Under the pieces are notes generated by a model. The model searched no databases and was not told where the DNA came from. It saw only the letters and a program-made list of their open reading frames with translations. From assembly GCA_903930565.1 (NCBI GenBank), contig CAIYZC010000357.1, positions 4,728 to 68,727 of the forward strand: a stretch of 64,000 bases of DNA. Reading direction: 5' to 3'. The translations under genes were made by a program, and so were the position numbers. Origin of the DNA: an uncultured Pedosphaera sp. Lineage in GTDB: Bacteria > Verrucomicrobiota > Verrucomicrobiia > Limisphaerales > Pedosphaeraceae. How positions within the stretch are numbered: the first letter of the stretch is position 1; the number at the start of each line of letters is the position of its first letter. This document shows, in pieces, positions 24,444 through 33,179 of the stretch.

Positions 24444-24828
24444 GAATGGCGGCTGCTAAATCCGCAAATATCAGCCGCGGAGGTCGGATCGATCTTCCGC
24501 GGTGTCGGAACGGGCTTCGCTGATCGTCGGAGTGGCAGGCAAGGCTGGAGTTCTGCTGGTTAACCCCGAAACCCGAAACCCGAAAGGGTCCAAGGAAGTG
24601 TTTGGAACGTGGGCAGGAATCGATCCGGGATTTTAGCCGGGCTCCCGACGTCCGCGAAGCATTCGTCCAGGTAAAACGCATCCGTAACGAAGATGGCCGC
24701 CTTGAATTTCACCAAGCGTGGGGAAAGTGCCAGTCCGGCCGCCGGTCCGGGTCCGGAAGGGCTGCGGCCAAATTGAATCGATACCACGACTCCCCGGGCT
24801 GGCGCATCCGGCCCTCGGTAATCCCCCT
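24433..24828 (+). promoter_or_regulatory. About 0.4 kb structured leader upstream of the M14-like/cysK/encapsulin genes, related at both ends to the 11.3-12.0 kb leader units
   Basis: The 5' end is identical to unit A. The 3' part, 'tcaccaag...gccagtcc(ggccgccggtccgggtcc)ggaagg...tcgatacc', parallels 'ctcaccagtccactggaagtttcgatacg' of unit A, with an expanded hairpin. Confidence 0.4.
24565..24585 (+). repeat. Heptanucleotide tandem repeat (CCCGAAA)x3 followed by GGG
   Basis: Read directly: 'cccgaaacccgaaacccgaaaggg'. The last unit can form a CCC-GAAA-GGG tetraloop hairpin. Confidence 0.9.
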
Positions 24829-25662
24829 ATGAATCCCTCCCCAACTATTATGCGCGCACTCGTTCCCAAGCGGCGTACCGTGCTGCCCACCGAGAGCCCG
24901 GCGGAGCACCGCCGAGCGGATCCTCCGATTGAGTTCCTCCAGCCGCTGCTGGATTTGGCCCGAGTCTCGGATTCCGTCATCGCGGGAACCGTCGGGAAAT
25001 TTACGGCGGGGGGCGGAACTTTTCGCATTCCCCGCTTCATTTTCATGGGCCCGACGGGCGGCGGCCAACCAATTCGGATTGGTTTGTTCGCCTGCTTCCA
25101 TGGTGACGAATGGGAGGGGGCGGAGGCGTTGGTCGAGCTGTTTCTGCATTTCGAGCGCCATCCCGAATTGGTGAAGGACTTTCACCTTTACGCCTATCCT
25201 GTTTGCAATCCCTTTGGCTTCGCGGCGAGCGCCCGCCGCAACGCGAATGGCTGCGACTTGGCTGCCGAGCTCTGGCGCGGTTCCTCCCAAGTGGAGGCTT
25301 ATTATGTGGAGCGGGAAATGGGCGTGCATCAGTTTCACGGCGTGATTTCCTTACACACGGCCAAGAATTCCAGCCGGTTCTCCGCCGCGTGCCCCAGCGC
25401 CCTTCTCCAAGAGGCGGTGGCCGGGCCCGCCCTCTTGGCCACCCGGCGGTTCAGCCCGGCCGGTGCCGATAGCGCCGTCGGCCTGGCCGTGCCCAACGGC
25501 TTTCTGACCGCGACCGACGAACTCCGTCCCGCTCCCTTTGAAATCAACCTGGCCATCCCCCGCCTGCTGCCCGGTCCCTTCTGGGTTCAGGGAACGGTGG
25601 CCGCCTTGGCCTCGATCCTGCACTCCTACCGCAACCTGATGGCCTTTCGCCCAAATATATGA
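24829..25662 (+). CDS. M14 / succinylglutamate-desuccinylase-aspartoacylase-like zinc hydrolase family protein (divergent)
   Basis: 'GLFACFHGDEWEG' is an HxxE zinc motif. 'YPVCNPFGF' is the NP.G motif. 'ISLHTA' is a candidate third zinc ligand. The usual 'DLNR' reads 'DLAAE'. The start is taken at ATG 24829, since the ORF upstream of it lies in the leader. Confidence 0.55.
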   Translation: MNPSPTIMRALVPKRRTVLPTESPAEHRRADPPIEFLQPLLDLARVSDSVIAGTVGKFTAGGGTFRIPRFIFMGPTGGGQPIRIGLFACFHGDEWEGAEALVELFLHFERHPELVKDFHLYAYPVCNPFGFAASARRNANGCDLAAELWRGSSQVEAYYVEREMGVHQFHGVISLHTAKNSSRFSAACPSALLQEAVAGPALLATRRFSPAGADSAVGLAVPNGFLTATDELRPAPFEINLAIPRLLPGPFWVQGTVAALASILHSYRNLMAFRPNI

Positions 25663-25843
25663 TTACATTCTGGAATGTGGCCGTCCCCGGTCTTCCCGGC
25701 CGTTTGGCGGTCGGCCCCGCGACTAACGATGTTTGTGGGTCTGGGTGCTTATTCCAAACTTGCCCGGGCGCGGCCCTTGCGTTATTCGTCAAAAAAGACG
25801 GCGGCATTCCAGCCTGTTCTTGGACGCAACTTATCTAAATTCT

Positions 25844-26827
25844 ATGGGAAACATCTACCAAAACATCACCGAAACCATTGGGCGCACTCCCTTGGTTAAA
25901 CTCAACCGGGTGGCGGCCGGCGTGCCCGCCACCATCCTGCTCAAGTGCGAGTTTTTTAATCCCTTGGGCAGTGTCAAGGACCGCATCGGTCTGGCCCTGA
26001 TCGAGGACGCGGAGCGGCGGGGCGTGCTCAAGCCGGAAACCGTGATCATTGAACCCACCAGCGGCAACACCGGCATCGCCCTTGCTTTTGTCGCCGCCGC
26101 GAAGGGATATAAGATCATCCTGACCATGCCCGAAACGATGTCGTTGGAGCGGCGCACGCTCCTGGCGTTGCTGGGGGCGAAACTCGTGCTCACGCCCGGT
26201 AAAGAGGGGATGAAGGGGGCGATCGCCCGCGCCGAGTTGTTGGCGAAGGAAACGCCCAATTCCTGGATTCCCCAGCAGTTTGAGAACCCGGCGAATCCGG
26301 CCGTCCACCAACGGACTACCGCGGAGGAGATCTGGGCGGACACGGATGGCCGGGTGGACATTTTGGTGGCGGCGGTGGGCACGGGCGGCACGATCACCGG
26401 TTGTGTGGAGGTAATCAAACCGCGCAAGCCCACGTTCGTGGCGATCGCCGTCGAGCCGAAGGATTCGCCGGTGATTTCGCAGACCCTGGCGGGGCAAACA
26501 CCGGTGCCGGGGCCGCACAAAATTCAAGGCACCGGGGCGGGATTTGTGCCCAAAAACCTGCACCTGAAGGACAGCCTGGGCCATTCGCAGATTACGGAGT
26601 GCGTGCAGGTGACCAATGACGAAGCCATCGGGATGGCGCGACGGCTGGCCAAGGAAGAAGGGTTGTTGGTGGGAATTTCTACCGGCGCGAATGTGGTGGC
26701 GGCGCTGCAAGTGGCGGCGCGACCGGAGAACCATGGGAAGATTATCGTTACCGTTGCTTGCTCCACTGGCGAGCGATATCTCAGCACTGCCTTGGCCGAC
26801 GAAGCCCGGGCGGCCGTCGGGGGCTGA
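25844..26827 (+). CDS. cysK: Cysteine synthase A (O-acetylserine sulfhydrylase)
   Basis: '[12 protein letters not shown]', the PLP-lysine motif '[11 protein letters not shown]', and '[11 protein letters not shown]' with 'GTGGTITG'. Full-length, about 327 aa. Confidence 0.9.
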   Translation: MGNIYQNITETIGRTPLVKLNRVAAGVPATILLKCEFFNPLGSVKDRIGLALIEDAERRGVLKPETVIIEPTSGNTGIALAFVAAAKGYKIILTMPETMSLERRTLLALLGAKLVLTPGKEGMKGAIARAELLAKETPNSWIPQQFENPANPAVHQRTTAEEIWADTDGRVDILVAAVGTGGTITGCVEVIKPRKPTFVAIAVEPKDSPVISQTLAGQTPVPGPHKIQGTGAGFVPKNLHLKDSLGHSQITECVQVTNDEAIGMARRLAKEEGLLVGISTGANVVAALQVAARPENHGKIIVTVACSTGERYLSTALADEARAAVGG

Positions 26828-26871
26828 GCGACGTCGAGTCGCGGGCGGGCGCGGAAGGTGCACGAAGTTGT

Positions 26872-26899
26872 TTGACAACCACCGCGATTACCTTAGCCT
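26872..26899 (+). promoter_or_regulatory. Candidate promoter (TTGACA - 16 nt - TAGCCT) for the encapsulin operon
   Basis: Consensus -35 hexamer at 26872-26877, but only a weak TAnnnT -10. It would leave a leader of about 290 nt. Confidence 0.3.
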
Positions 26900-27195
26900 G
26901 ACTCCACCGGCCCGGCATTCTGAACCCATCAATTGCCGCGACCGGATCCAAACCAACCGACAGTCAGTGAAGTCGGGCCGACCGGACCACCGGAAGCCTC
27001 ATGAAAATGCAGTTTTATTCATGCCGGCCGCCTCTCAGGTTCGCGGTGGAGCCCAAGTAAGTTCCGCTCGTTTTGCGATCCCGGAATTCTCCCGTCAGGG
27101 ATTTCCGCGCCGCCGGCATTTCACCCTCCCCTCCGCATCACGGGGTGGCACATCCCGGGTAGTCAATCCGGCAACCGCCGCCCCCACCCACGACC

Positions 27196-28167
27196 ATGCC
27201 GAATAATCCAGATTCCAAGATTCCCGGACTCAGCCTCAGCGCCACCGCCGCGCGCAACCTCGCCACCGCCACCGTAACGGTGCCGCAGATGGCGGAAATT
27301 ACCCCGCGTTGGCTTCACCGTCTTCTGCCTTGGGTGGATGTGGACGGCGGGGTCTACCGGGTCAACCGCATCGCGAAAGCGGCGGCCGGCAAACCCGCCA
27401 ATGAGTTCGGGGAAACAAAAGTGGATCTCGTCACCGTGGACGGCGGCGAACCCAAATTGCCCACCACTTTCGTCAATTACGAGGAGGACCCCCGCGAGTA
27501 CCATCTGAGCACCATCCAGACGGTGCTGCGCACCCACACGCGCGTCACCGACCTGTACAGCAACCAGATCGACCAACTGCGCGAACAAATCCGCCTGACG
27601 GTCGAAGCGGTGAAGGAACGCGAGGAATGGGAGCTGATCAACCATGCGGCCTTCGGCCTGCTGCATGAAGTGGCGCCTTCGCAAAGAATCCATACCCGCA
27701 AAGGCGCGCCTTCGCCCGATGATTTGGATGAACTGCTCACCTTGGTTTGGAAGAGGCCCGCGTTCTTCCTGGCCCATCCCCGGGCGATCGCTGCTTTCGG
27801 CCGCGAATGCACCCGCCGGGGCGTGCCGCCGCCCACCGTGCAGCTGTTTGGCTCCCCGTTCCTGACCTGGCGGGGTTTGCCGCTCATCCCCAGCAACAAA
27901 CTCGAGTTGAATGCCAAGACCGGCGCGACCAGCATTCTGTTGCTGCGTGTGGGGGAGGCGGAGCAAGGCGTCGTGGGCCTGCAAAAAACCGGGGTCACCG
28001 GGGAAGTCGAACCGGGCCTCTCCGTCCGCTACATGGGCACCAACGAGAATTCCATCGCCTCCCACTTGATCACGCGCTACTTCTCCACCAGCGTGCTCAC
28101 CACGGATGCCATCGCCCGCCTCGACAACGTCCTCGTTGACCAATATCATGAGTATCAGTGGAAGTGA
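27196..28167 (+). CDS. Family 2A encapsulin nanocompartment shell protein (HK97-fold, no cNMP-binding domain)
   Basis: Motifs 'ITPRWLHRLLPWV', 'GVYRVNR', 'DPREYHL', 'GAPSPDDLDELL', 'AAFGRECTRRGVPPP', 'LTWRGLPLIPS', 'QGVVGL', 'GLSVRY' and 'DQYHEYQ' match my recollection of SrpI-type Family 2A shells. The gene is directly followed by an N-terminally extended cysteine desulfurase. Confidence 0.85.
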   Translation: MPNNPDSKIPGLSLSATAARNLATATVTVPQMAEITPRWLHRLLPWVDVDGGVYRVNRIAKAAAGKPANEFGETKVDLVTVDGGEPKLPTTFVNYEEDPREYHLSTIQTVLRTHTRVTDLYSNQIDQLREQIRLTVEAVKEREEWELINHAAFGLLHEVAPSQRIHTRKGAPSPDDLDELLTLVWKRPAFFLAHPRAIAAFGRECTRRGVPPPTVQLFGSPFLTWRGLPLIPSNKLELNAKTGATSILLLRVGEAEQGVVGLQKTGVTGEVEPGLSVRYMGTNENSIASHLITRYFSTSVLTTDAIARLDNVLVDQYHEYQWK

Positions 28168-29863
28168 CGCCGGCGCCGGCGCAACTCCGGCGGCGGAGGG
28201 CGACCCCAATGATCTGATTGCCCGGCTGGTGGCGGAGGAATACTCCAAATCAATCCGGCCCGGGGCTCCGACTCCCGGCTGGCCGGTCGTGGCCGACGCT
28301 TTGCGGTCGGCCGGCGCGCCGCGGGTCGATCTGCCCTTGCCCGCGACCGCAGCCGCCCCTTTGCCTCCGGTGCACCCCAGCTCGCAACCGCCCGCGCCCG
28401 CGCTGGCGCCCGCGAAATCGCCCGCCTCGGGCGCGCATGAACCCGAGTCGGCCGACAGCTATGCGTTCGGCGAGCCGCGTTGCAACGGTCGGTTGGCCAC
28501 CCACCCGGCCGGGGCGCGGCCCGCCGGGGCGCACCTCCGGTCGGACCCCGACGCCGCGCCGGAGTATTATTTTCTGCGCGCCGGCCAATCAAAGGGGCGG
28601 AAGGTGTCGGCGGGGGCGCCATACGCCGCCACCGCGACCCCGGTTCCCAGTTTCGATCCGGAAGGCGTGCGGCGGGATTTCCCCGCCCTGCACCAACGGG
28701 TCAACGGGAAGCCTTTGGTTTGGCTCGACAACGCGGCCACCACGCACAAACCCCAAGCGGTGTTGGACGCCACCGCCGAGTTTTACGGGCGCGACAATTC
28801 GAACATCCACCGGGCCGCGCACACGCCGGCGGCGCGCGCCAGTGAATTGTTTGAGGCGGGCCGCGAAAAAGTGCGGCGCTTTCTGGGCGCCGCCGACGCC
28901 AAGGAAATCGTCTTCGTCCGCGGGACTACCGAAGCGATCAATTTGGTCGCCCAATCCTATGGCCGCCAACATGTCGGCCCGGGCGACGAAATCATTGTCA
29001 CCGAGTTGGAACACCATGCGAACATCGTGCCCTGGCAGTTGCTGGCCGGGCAGACGGGGGCCGCGTTGCGTGTGGTGCCCATCAACGACCGGGGCGAATT
29101 GATCTTGGAGGAATACGCGAAACTGCTCGGGCCGCGAACCAAACTGGTCGCGGTGGCGCACGTTTCCAACTCCCTCGGCACGATCAATCCCGTGGAGCAA
29201 ATCATCGCGCTGGCGCACGCCCGCGGCGTGCCGGTGCTCGTGGATGGCGCGCAATCCACCCCCCACCTGCCGGTGAATGTGACCGCTTTGGACGCCGATT
29301 TCTATGTGTTCTCCGGGCACAAAGTTTTCGGCCCGACCGGTGTCGGCGCCCTTTACGGCAAAGCCGCCTGGCTCGAAGCGATGCCACCCTGGCAGGGCGG
29401 CGGGCACATGATCAAGGATGTGCGGTTTGAAAAAACGGTTTACCAGTCGGCCCCGGAGAAGTTCGAAGCCGGCACGCCCGACATCGCCGGCGTGGTGGGC
29501 CTGGGGGCGGCGATCGACTACCTGTTCAAGTTGGGCCTGCCCGCGATCGCGGCCTACGAGCATTCCTTGCTGGAATATGCCACGCACGCGTTGGCCGGAG
29601 TTCCCGGCTTGCGCCCGATCGGCACGGCCGCGAACAAGGCGAGCGTGTTGTCCTTCGTCATTCCGGGCATCCCCAACGAGCGGATCGCGCGGCACTTGGA
29701 CCGCCAAGGGATCGCCGTGCGCGCGGGGCATCATTGCGCCCAGCCCGCCCAGCGGCATTTCGGATTGGAAAGCACGGTCCGCCCCTCGCTGGCTTTTTAC
29801 AACACCCGCGCCGAAATTGACCAACTCGTGCGCGCGCTTCGGCAGCTCCGGCGCGATTTTTGA
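28148..29863 (+). CDS. Encapsulin cargo cysteine desulfurase (SufS/CsdA-like, group II) with an N-terminal extension of about 185 aa, Pro/Ala-rich
   Basis: Catalytic core motifs: 'LDNAATTHKPQAVLDA', 'FSGHKVFGPTGVGALYG' (PLP Lys) and 'RAGHHCAQP' (catalytic Cys). The N-terminal low-complexity region contains 'LIARLVAEEY', resembling the LARLANEFF cargo-loading motif. ATG 28148 overlaps the shell gene by 20 nt (alternative ATG at 28106). Confidence 0.85.
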   Translation: MSISGSDAGAGATPAAEGDPNDLIARLVAEEYSKSIRPGAPTPGWPVVADALRSAGAPRVDLPLPATAAAPLPPVHPSSQPPAPALAPAKSPASGAHEPESADSYAFGEPRCNGRLATHPAGARPAGAHLRSDPDAAPEYYFLRAGQSKGRKVSAGAPYAATATPVPSFDPEGVRRDFPALHQRVNGKPLVWLDNAATTHKPQAVLDATAEFYGRDNSNIHRAAHTPAARASELFEAGREKVRRFLGAADAKEIVFVRGTTEAINLVAQSYGRQHVGPGDEIIVTELEHHANIVPWQLLAGQTGAALRVVPINDRGELILEEYAKLLGPRTKLVAVAHVSNSLGTINPVEQIIALAHARGVPVLVDGAQSTPHLPVNVTALDADFYVFSGHKVFGPTGVGALYGKAAWLEAMPPWQGGGHMIKDVRFEKTVYQSAPEKFEAGTPDIAGVVGLGAAIDYLFKLGLPAIAAYEHSLLEYATHALAGVPGLRPIGTAANKASVLSFVIPGIPNERIARHLDRQGIAVRAGHHCAQPAQRHFGLESTVRPSLAFYNTRAEIDQLVRALRQLRRDF

Positions 29864-29874
29864 ACCCCCTGCGA

Positions 29875-30861
29875 ATGAGTGCCTTACCGATTGAAGCGGG
29901 GACGCCCGCCCTGCCGAGGGAAACCCGCCGGGACGCCGTTTGGATGCGCGAGGTCTTGGAGGAAACGGTCCCGGAGTTGCTCCACTCCTATCAGCGCGCC
30001 GGCGGATTGAACCATCGCGAATCGCACAACCTGCCCTCCAAGCGGGCGGTGGGGCAGATTTGCGAGGGCTTGCTGCAAATCCTCTTCCCGGGCTTTCACG
30101 ATGATGACGTGGTGCCCCACGGCTCCTTGGAAGAATTCACCACACGCCGGCTCGCGACAGTCGTCCAAGCCTTGATTGACCAGGTGCGCAAGAGCGTGCG
30201 CGTGGGCGATCCTCATAAGCCGACCGGCAAGACGCCGCCCATCATTCGCAAGTTCTGCCGCGCTTTGCCCGAAATCCGCGAATTGCTGCGCTGGGACGTC
30301 GAAGCGGCGTTTGACGGTGACCCCGCGGCGTTGCTTCGCGAAGAAATCATCCTCTCCTATCCCTTCATTGAGGCCGTGGCCATCCAGCGTCTGGCCCACC
30401 GCCTGCATGTGTTGGGCGCGCCCGTGCTGCCGCGCATGATGACGGAGTGGGCGCACAACCGCACGGGGATCGACATTCATCCCGGCGCGCTCCTTGGGAC
30501 GCATTTTTTTATCGACCACGGAACCGGCATCGTCATCGGCGAAACCTGTCGTATCGGAAACCACGTCAAAATCTACCACGGCGTCACCTTGGGCGCCCGG
30601 AGCTTTGTCAAAGACCAGTCGGGCCACATCATCAAGGGGGGCAAGCGGCATCCGGACGTGGGCGATCATGTGACCATTTATCCGAACTCCACCATCCTGG
30701 GCGGCAAGACCTTCATCGGCTCCAATTCCACCATTGGCGCGAACGTGTTCCTCATGCACAGCATCCCGGCCAATTCGCTGGTGGTTTACGAAGAGAAACA
30801 ATTGACCATTCGGGAAAAGCCGGAGCCAAAAGCGCCCGCCGACCGGGATTCCTCGATGTGA
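29875..30861 (+). CDS. cysE: Serine O-acetyltransferase
   Basis: Left-handed beta-helix hexapeptide core 'GIDIHPGALLGTHFFIDHGTGIVIGETCRIGNHVKIYHGVTLGA'. Long helical N-terminal domain. Start is ATG 29875, or TTG 29860 overlapping the upstream stop. Confidence 0.85.
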   Translation: MSALPIEAGTPALPRETRRDAVWMREVLEETVPELLHSYQRAGGLNHRESHNLPSKRAVGQICEGLLQILFPGFHDDDVVPHGSLEEFTTRRLATVVQALIDQVRKSVRVGDPHKPTGKTPPIIRKFCRALPEIRELLRWDVEAAFDGDPAALLREEIILSYPFIEAVAIQRLAHRLHVLGAPVLPRMMTEWAHNRTGIDIHPGALLGTHFFIDHGTGIVIGETCRIGNHVKIYHGVTLGARSFVKDQSGHIIKGGKRHPDVGDHVTIYPNSTILGGKTFIGSNSTIGANVFLMHSIPANSLVVYEEKQLTIREKPEPKAPADRDSSM

Positions 30862-31181
30862 TTGACGAGGACATTGCACCGAGTGGGCCTTGGCCCCCGA
30901 CTCCGGACGGCCTGGCCGGGCTGCCCGATCAGTACCCCCCGCCAATAAGGCTGATTCAAACGTCGTCCGCACTTTGGTCGCAGATTCCTATGTTTGTGAT
31001 ATTGGCCGGATGTCTCGGTTTATAGGTTCAAAGTGAAGCAATAAACCACACGTATCTCACCGCCGGTCAATCAGGCAAACGATCCGGTACAGCAAAAACT
31101 GTGTTTAAATTAGCTTGCTTTTTTTAAGTTGATACTACACTATCTCTATCGAGTTAGTGTGCTTGCCGATTGTTTTAAGTC

Positions 31182-31406
31182 ATGAATGCCCATTCCACGA
31201 TTTGCCCGAAGGATTTGGAACCAAACCCGATCCCCTTCCAGCGGGCTTTGAGCGAAAACCAGGCCGCTGGCTTTTTCAGCCTGGCCGTGGCGTGGGAAAT
31301 GAATCCTGCGCTCCGTGATCGGAGCCCGGAGGAGATTCTGGATCTGTTCCACCGGCTGGCCTCTGAAGAGCTCGCCCAAGAATGGGCTTCCGGCCGGGGC
31401 GGTTAA
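31182..31406 (+). CDS. Hypothetical small acidic protein (74 aa)
   Basis: Isolated ORF directly after an AT-rich tract. I recognise no motif, so coding status is uncertain. Confidence 0.3.
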   Translation: MNAHSTICPKDLEPNPIPFQRALSENQAAGFFSLAVAWEMNPALRDRSPEEILDLFHRLASEELAQEWASGRGG

Positions 31407-31694
31407 CGTCTGCTCCAGTAGCGAAACTGCTATCCCCGCTCCCGGCCAACACCCTTTGCTTCCATTGTCAGCAGACTCACCGAATCACGGGAAGTCGCGC
31501 GCCGGTTCGCCGTGAAGACGATTCCCTTTTGCGGTCCTCCAAGCTCAAGGCGTTCAGGGTGCCGGCCGCCATACCCCAGCTTTCCGACCCTACCATGGGA
31601 GGTCAAAACCGGTTCGCTCCGCTCCGCGCCGCCGTTTGGGGGCGTGGGAGTGGTGCGACCCAAACTCATCCTAATCTTAAGCCTAATACAAATA

Positions 31695-33179
31695 ATGAAT
31701 CCAAAATCGTCCTTTCAAGCCATCGCCATGGTCGGAGCCTTGGGGCTTGCGGCCCAGGCCAACGCCGACGTCGTCACCGACTGGAATCTGATCACGGTCA
31801 ATGCCACCAAAACCGCCGGGCAGAACAGCAATCTGGGGTCGCGCACGGATGCCATCGAGGCCATCGCGGTTTACGACGCGGTCAATTCCATCCGCCAATT
31901 CGGGACGCCCTACAATTACTACGTGCCCGGCAACGGCTCCGCCCAAGCCGCCGCCGCGCAGGCCGCGCACGACGTGCTGGTGAATTATTTCCCGTCCCAA
32001 GCGGCGGCTTTCGACACCGCCCTGAGCAACAGCCTGTCGGCCATCACCGACGGACCCGTCGGCAACGGACCCGCGGTGGGCGCGGCGGCGGCGGCGAGCA
32101 TCATCGCGTTGCGGTCAAACGATGGCTCGACTCCGAACGTCACTTATGGGGGGCCGACGACGATCGTTCCCGGGGCCTACCAGCTCACGCCGAACGTTCC
32201 CGCAGTAACGAGTCCTCCTTACACCTTCAATGCGGGCATCAACGAACAATGGGGATCGGTGCGGCCGTTTACCTTGGCGGCGACCAACCAGTTCCGACCC
32301 GGGCCTCCGCCGGCGTTGAACAGCCTGCAATACAGCAATGATTTTGCCCAAGTTCAGGCGCTCGGTTCGTTGACGGGCGGCACGCGCACCCCCGATCAGA
32401 CGCGTGTCGCGCAATTTTACAAGCAGGACGCGGAGTTGACGGTCAACGAAGCCGCCCGCGAACTCGCCCTCGCCCAAGGGCTGCCTCTGGAGCAGTCCGC
32501 CCTGCTGTTTGTGCTCGTGGACATCGCCGTGGCGGATGCGCGCATCGCCGTTTGGGATGCGAAATACACCTATCTCTTTTGGCGTCCCATAACCGCCCTG
32601 AACGCCAATGCCGATGGCACCGTGACCAACAATTATTCCGCCTGGCAGCCGCTCATTGTCACGCCCAACCACCCGGAATATCCCAGTGGCCACGGCGGCA
32701 CGGTGAACGCCGGTTTCGAAGTCTTGAAGGCTTTTTTCGGTGACCAAAACACCCTGCTGCTCCACACGACCACGGCGGGTGAACCGCCGCGGCTGGTGCA
32801 ATCGTTGACCAAGGGGGAGACCGAAAATGTGCTCGCCCGCATCTATGACGGAGTGCACTTCTGGTTCTCGGACACTGCCGGCCAGACCATTGGCAACCAA
32901 GTCGCCGCCTACGTGCTTTCGCATGGTCCTTCGCTCATCGTCAATTCGACCAACACGGCCAATTCGCAACTGGCGATTAATTCGTATCCCGGCATCAGCA
33001 TTAGCGGCAATCCCGGCCAGTCGTACCGTATCGATTATTCCACCACCTTGGCGCCCACGAACTGGATCACGCTCAAATACGTCACCCTGCCCACGTCCGC
33101 GCCGTATCTCGTTCAGGATCATACGCCTTACTCGGCCGGCGCCAAGCGCTTCTACCGCACCGTGGCGATTTCGAACTGA
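31695..33179 (+). CDS. Secreted PAP2-superfamily / vanadium-haloperoxidase-like protein with a C-terminal beta-sandwich tail
   Basis: Signal peptide 'MNPKSSFQAIAMVGALGLAAQANA'. PAP2 signature in order: 'KYTYLFWRP', 'YPSGHG', 'ARIYDGVHFWFSD'. ATG 31695 is chosen. Confidence 0.75.
   Translation: MNPKSSFQAIAMVGALGLAAQANADVVTDWNLITVNATKTAGQNSNLGSRTDAIEAIAVYDAVNSIRQFGTPYNYYVPGNGSAQAAAAQAAHDVLVNYFPSQAAAFDTALSNSLSAITDGPVGNGPAVGAAAAASIIALRSNDGSTPNVTYGGPTTIVPGAYQLTPNVPAVTSPPYTFNAGINEQWGSVRPFTLAATNQFRPGPPPALNSLQYSNDFAQVQALGSLTGGTRTPDQTRVAQFYKQDAELTVNEAARELALAQGLPLEQSALLFVLVDIAVADARIAVWDAKYTYLFWRPITALNANADGTVTNNYSAWQPLIVTPNHPEYPSGHGGTVNAGFEVLKAFFGDQNTLLLHTTTAGEPPRLVQSLTKGETENVLARIYDGVHFWFSDTAGQTIGNQVAAYVLSHGPSLIVNSTNTANSQLAINSYPGISISGNPGQSYRIDYSTTLAPTNWITLKYVTLPTSAPYLVQDHTPYSAGAKRFYRTVAISN

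Noticed and set aside
24729-24770. 'GGUCCGGAAGGGCUGCGGCC' resembling SRP (4.5S) RNA domain IV 'GGUCCGGAAGGAAGCAGCC'.
   Set aside because: The symmetric and asymmetric loop nucleotides (AGCA/GGAA arrangement) and the long closing helix of SRP RNA are missing. The sequence sits in an mRNA leader directly before a start codon.
31091-31127. 'agcaa...ttgcttttttt' as a terminator of the cysE operon.
   Set aside because: It has only a 5-bp AU-rich stem with a loop of about 19 nt, too weak to call. It is mentioned only as part of the AT-rich island.
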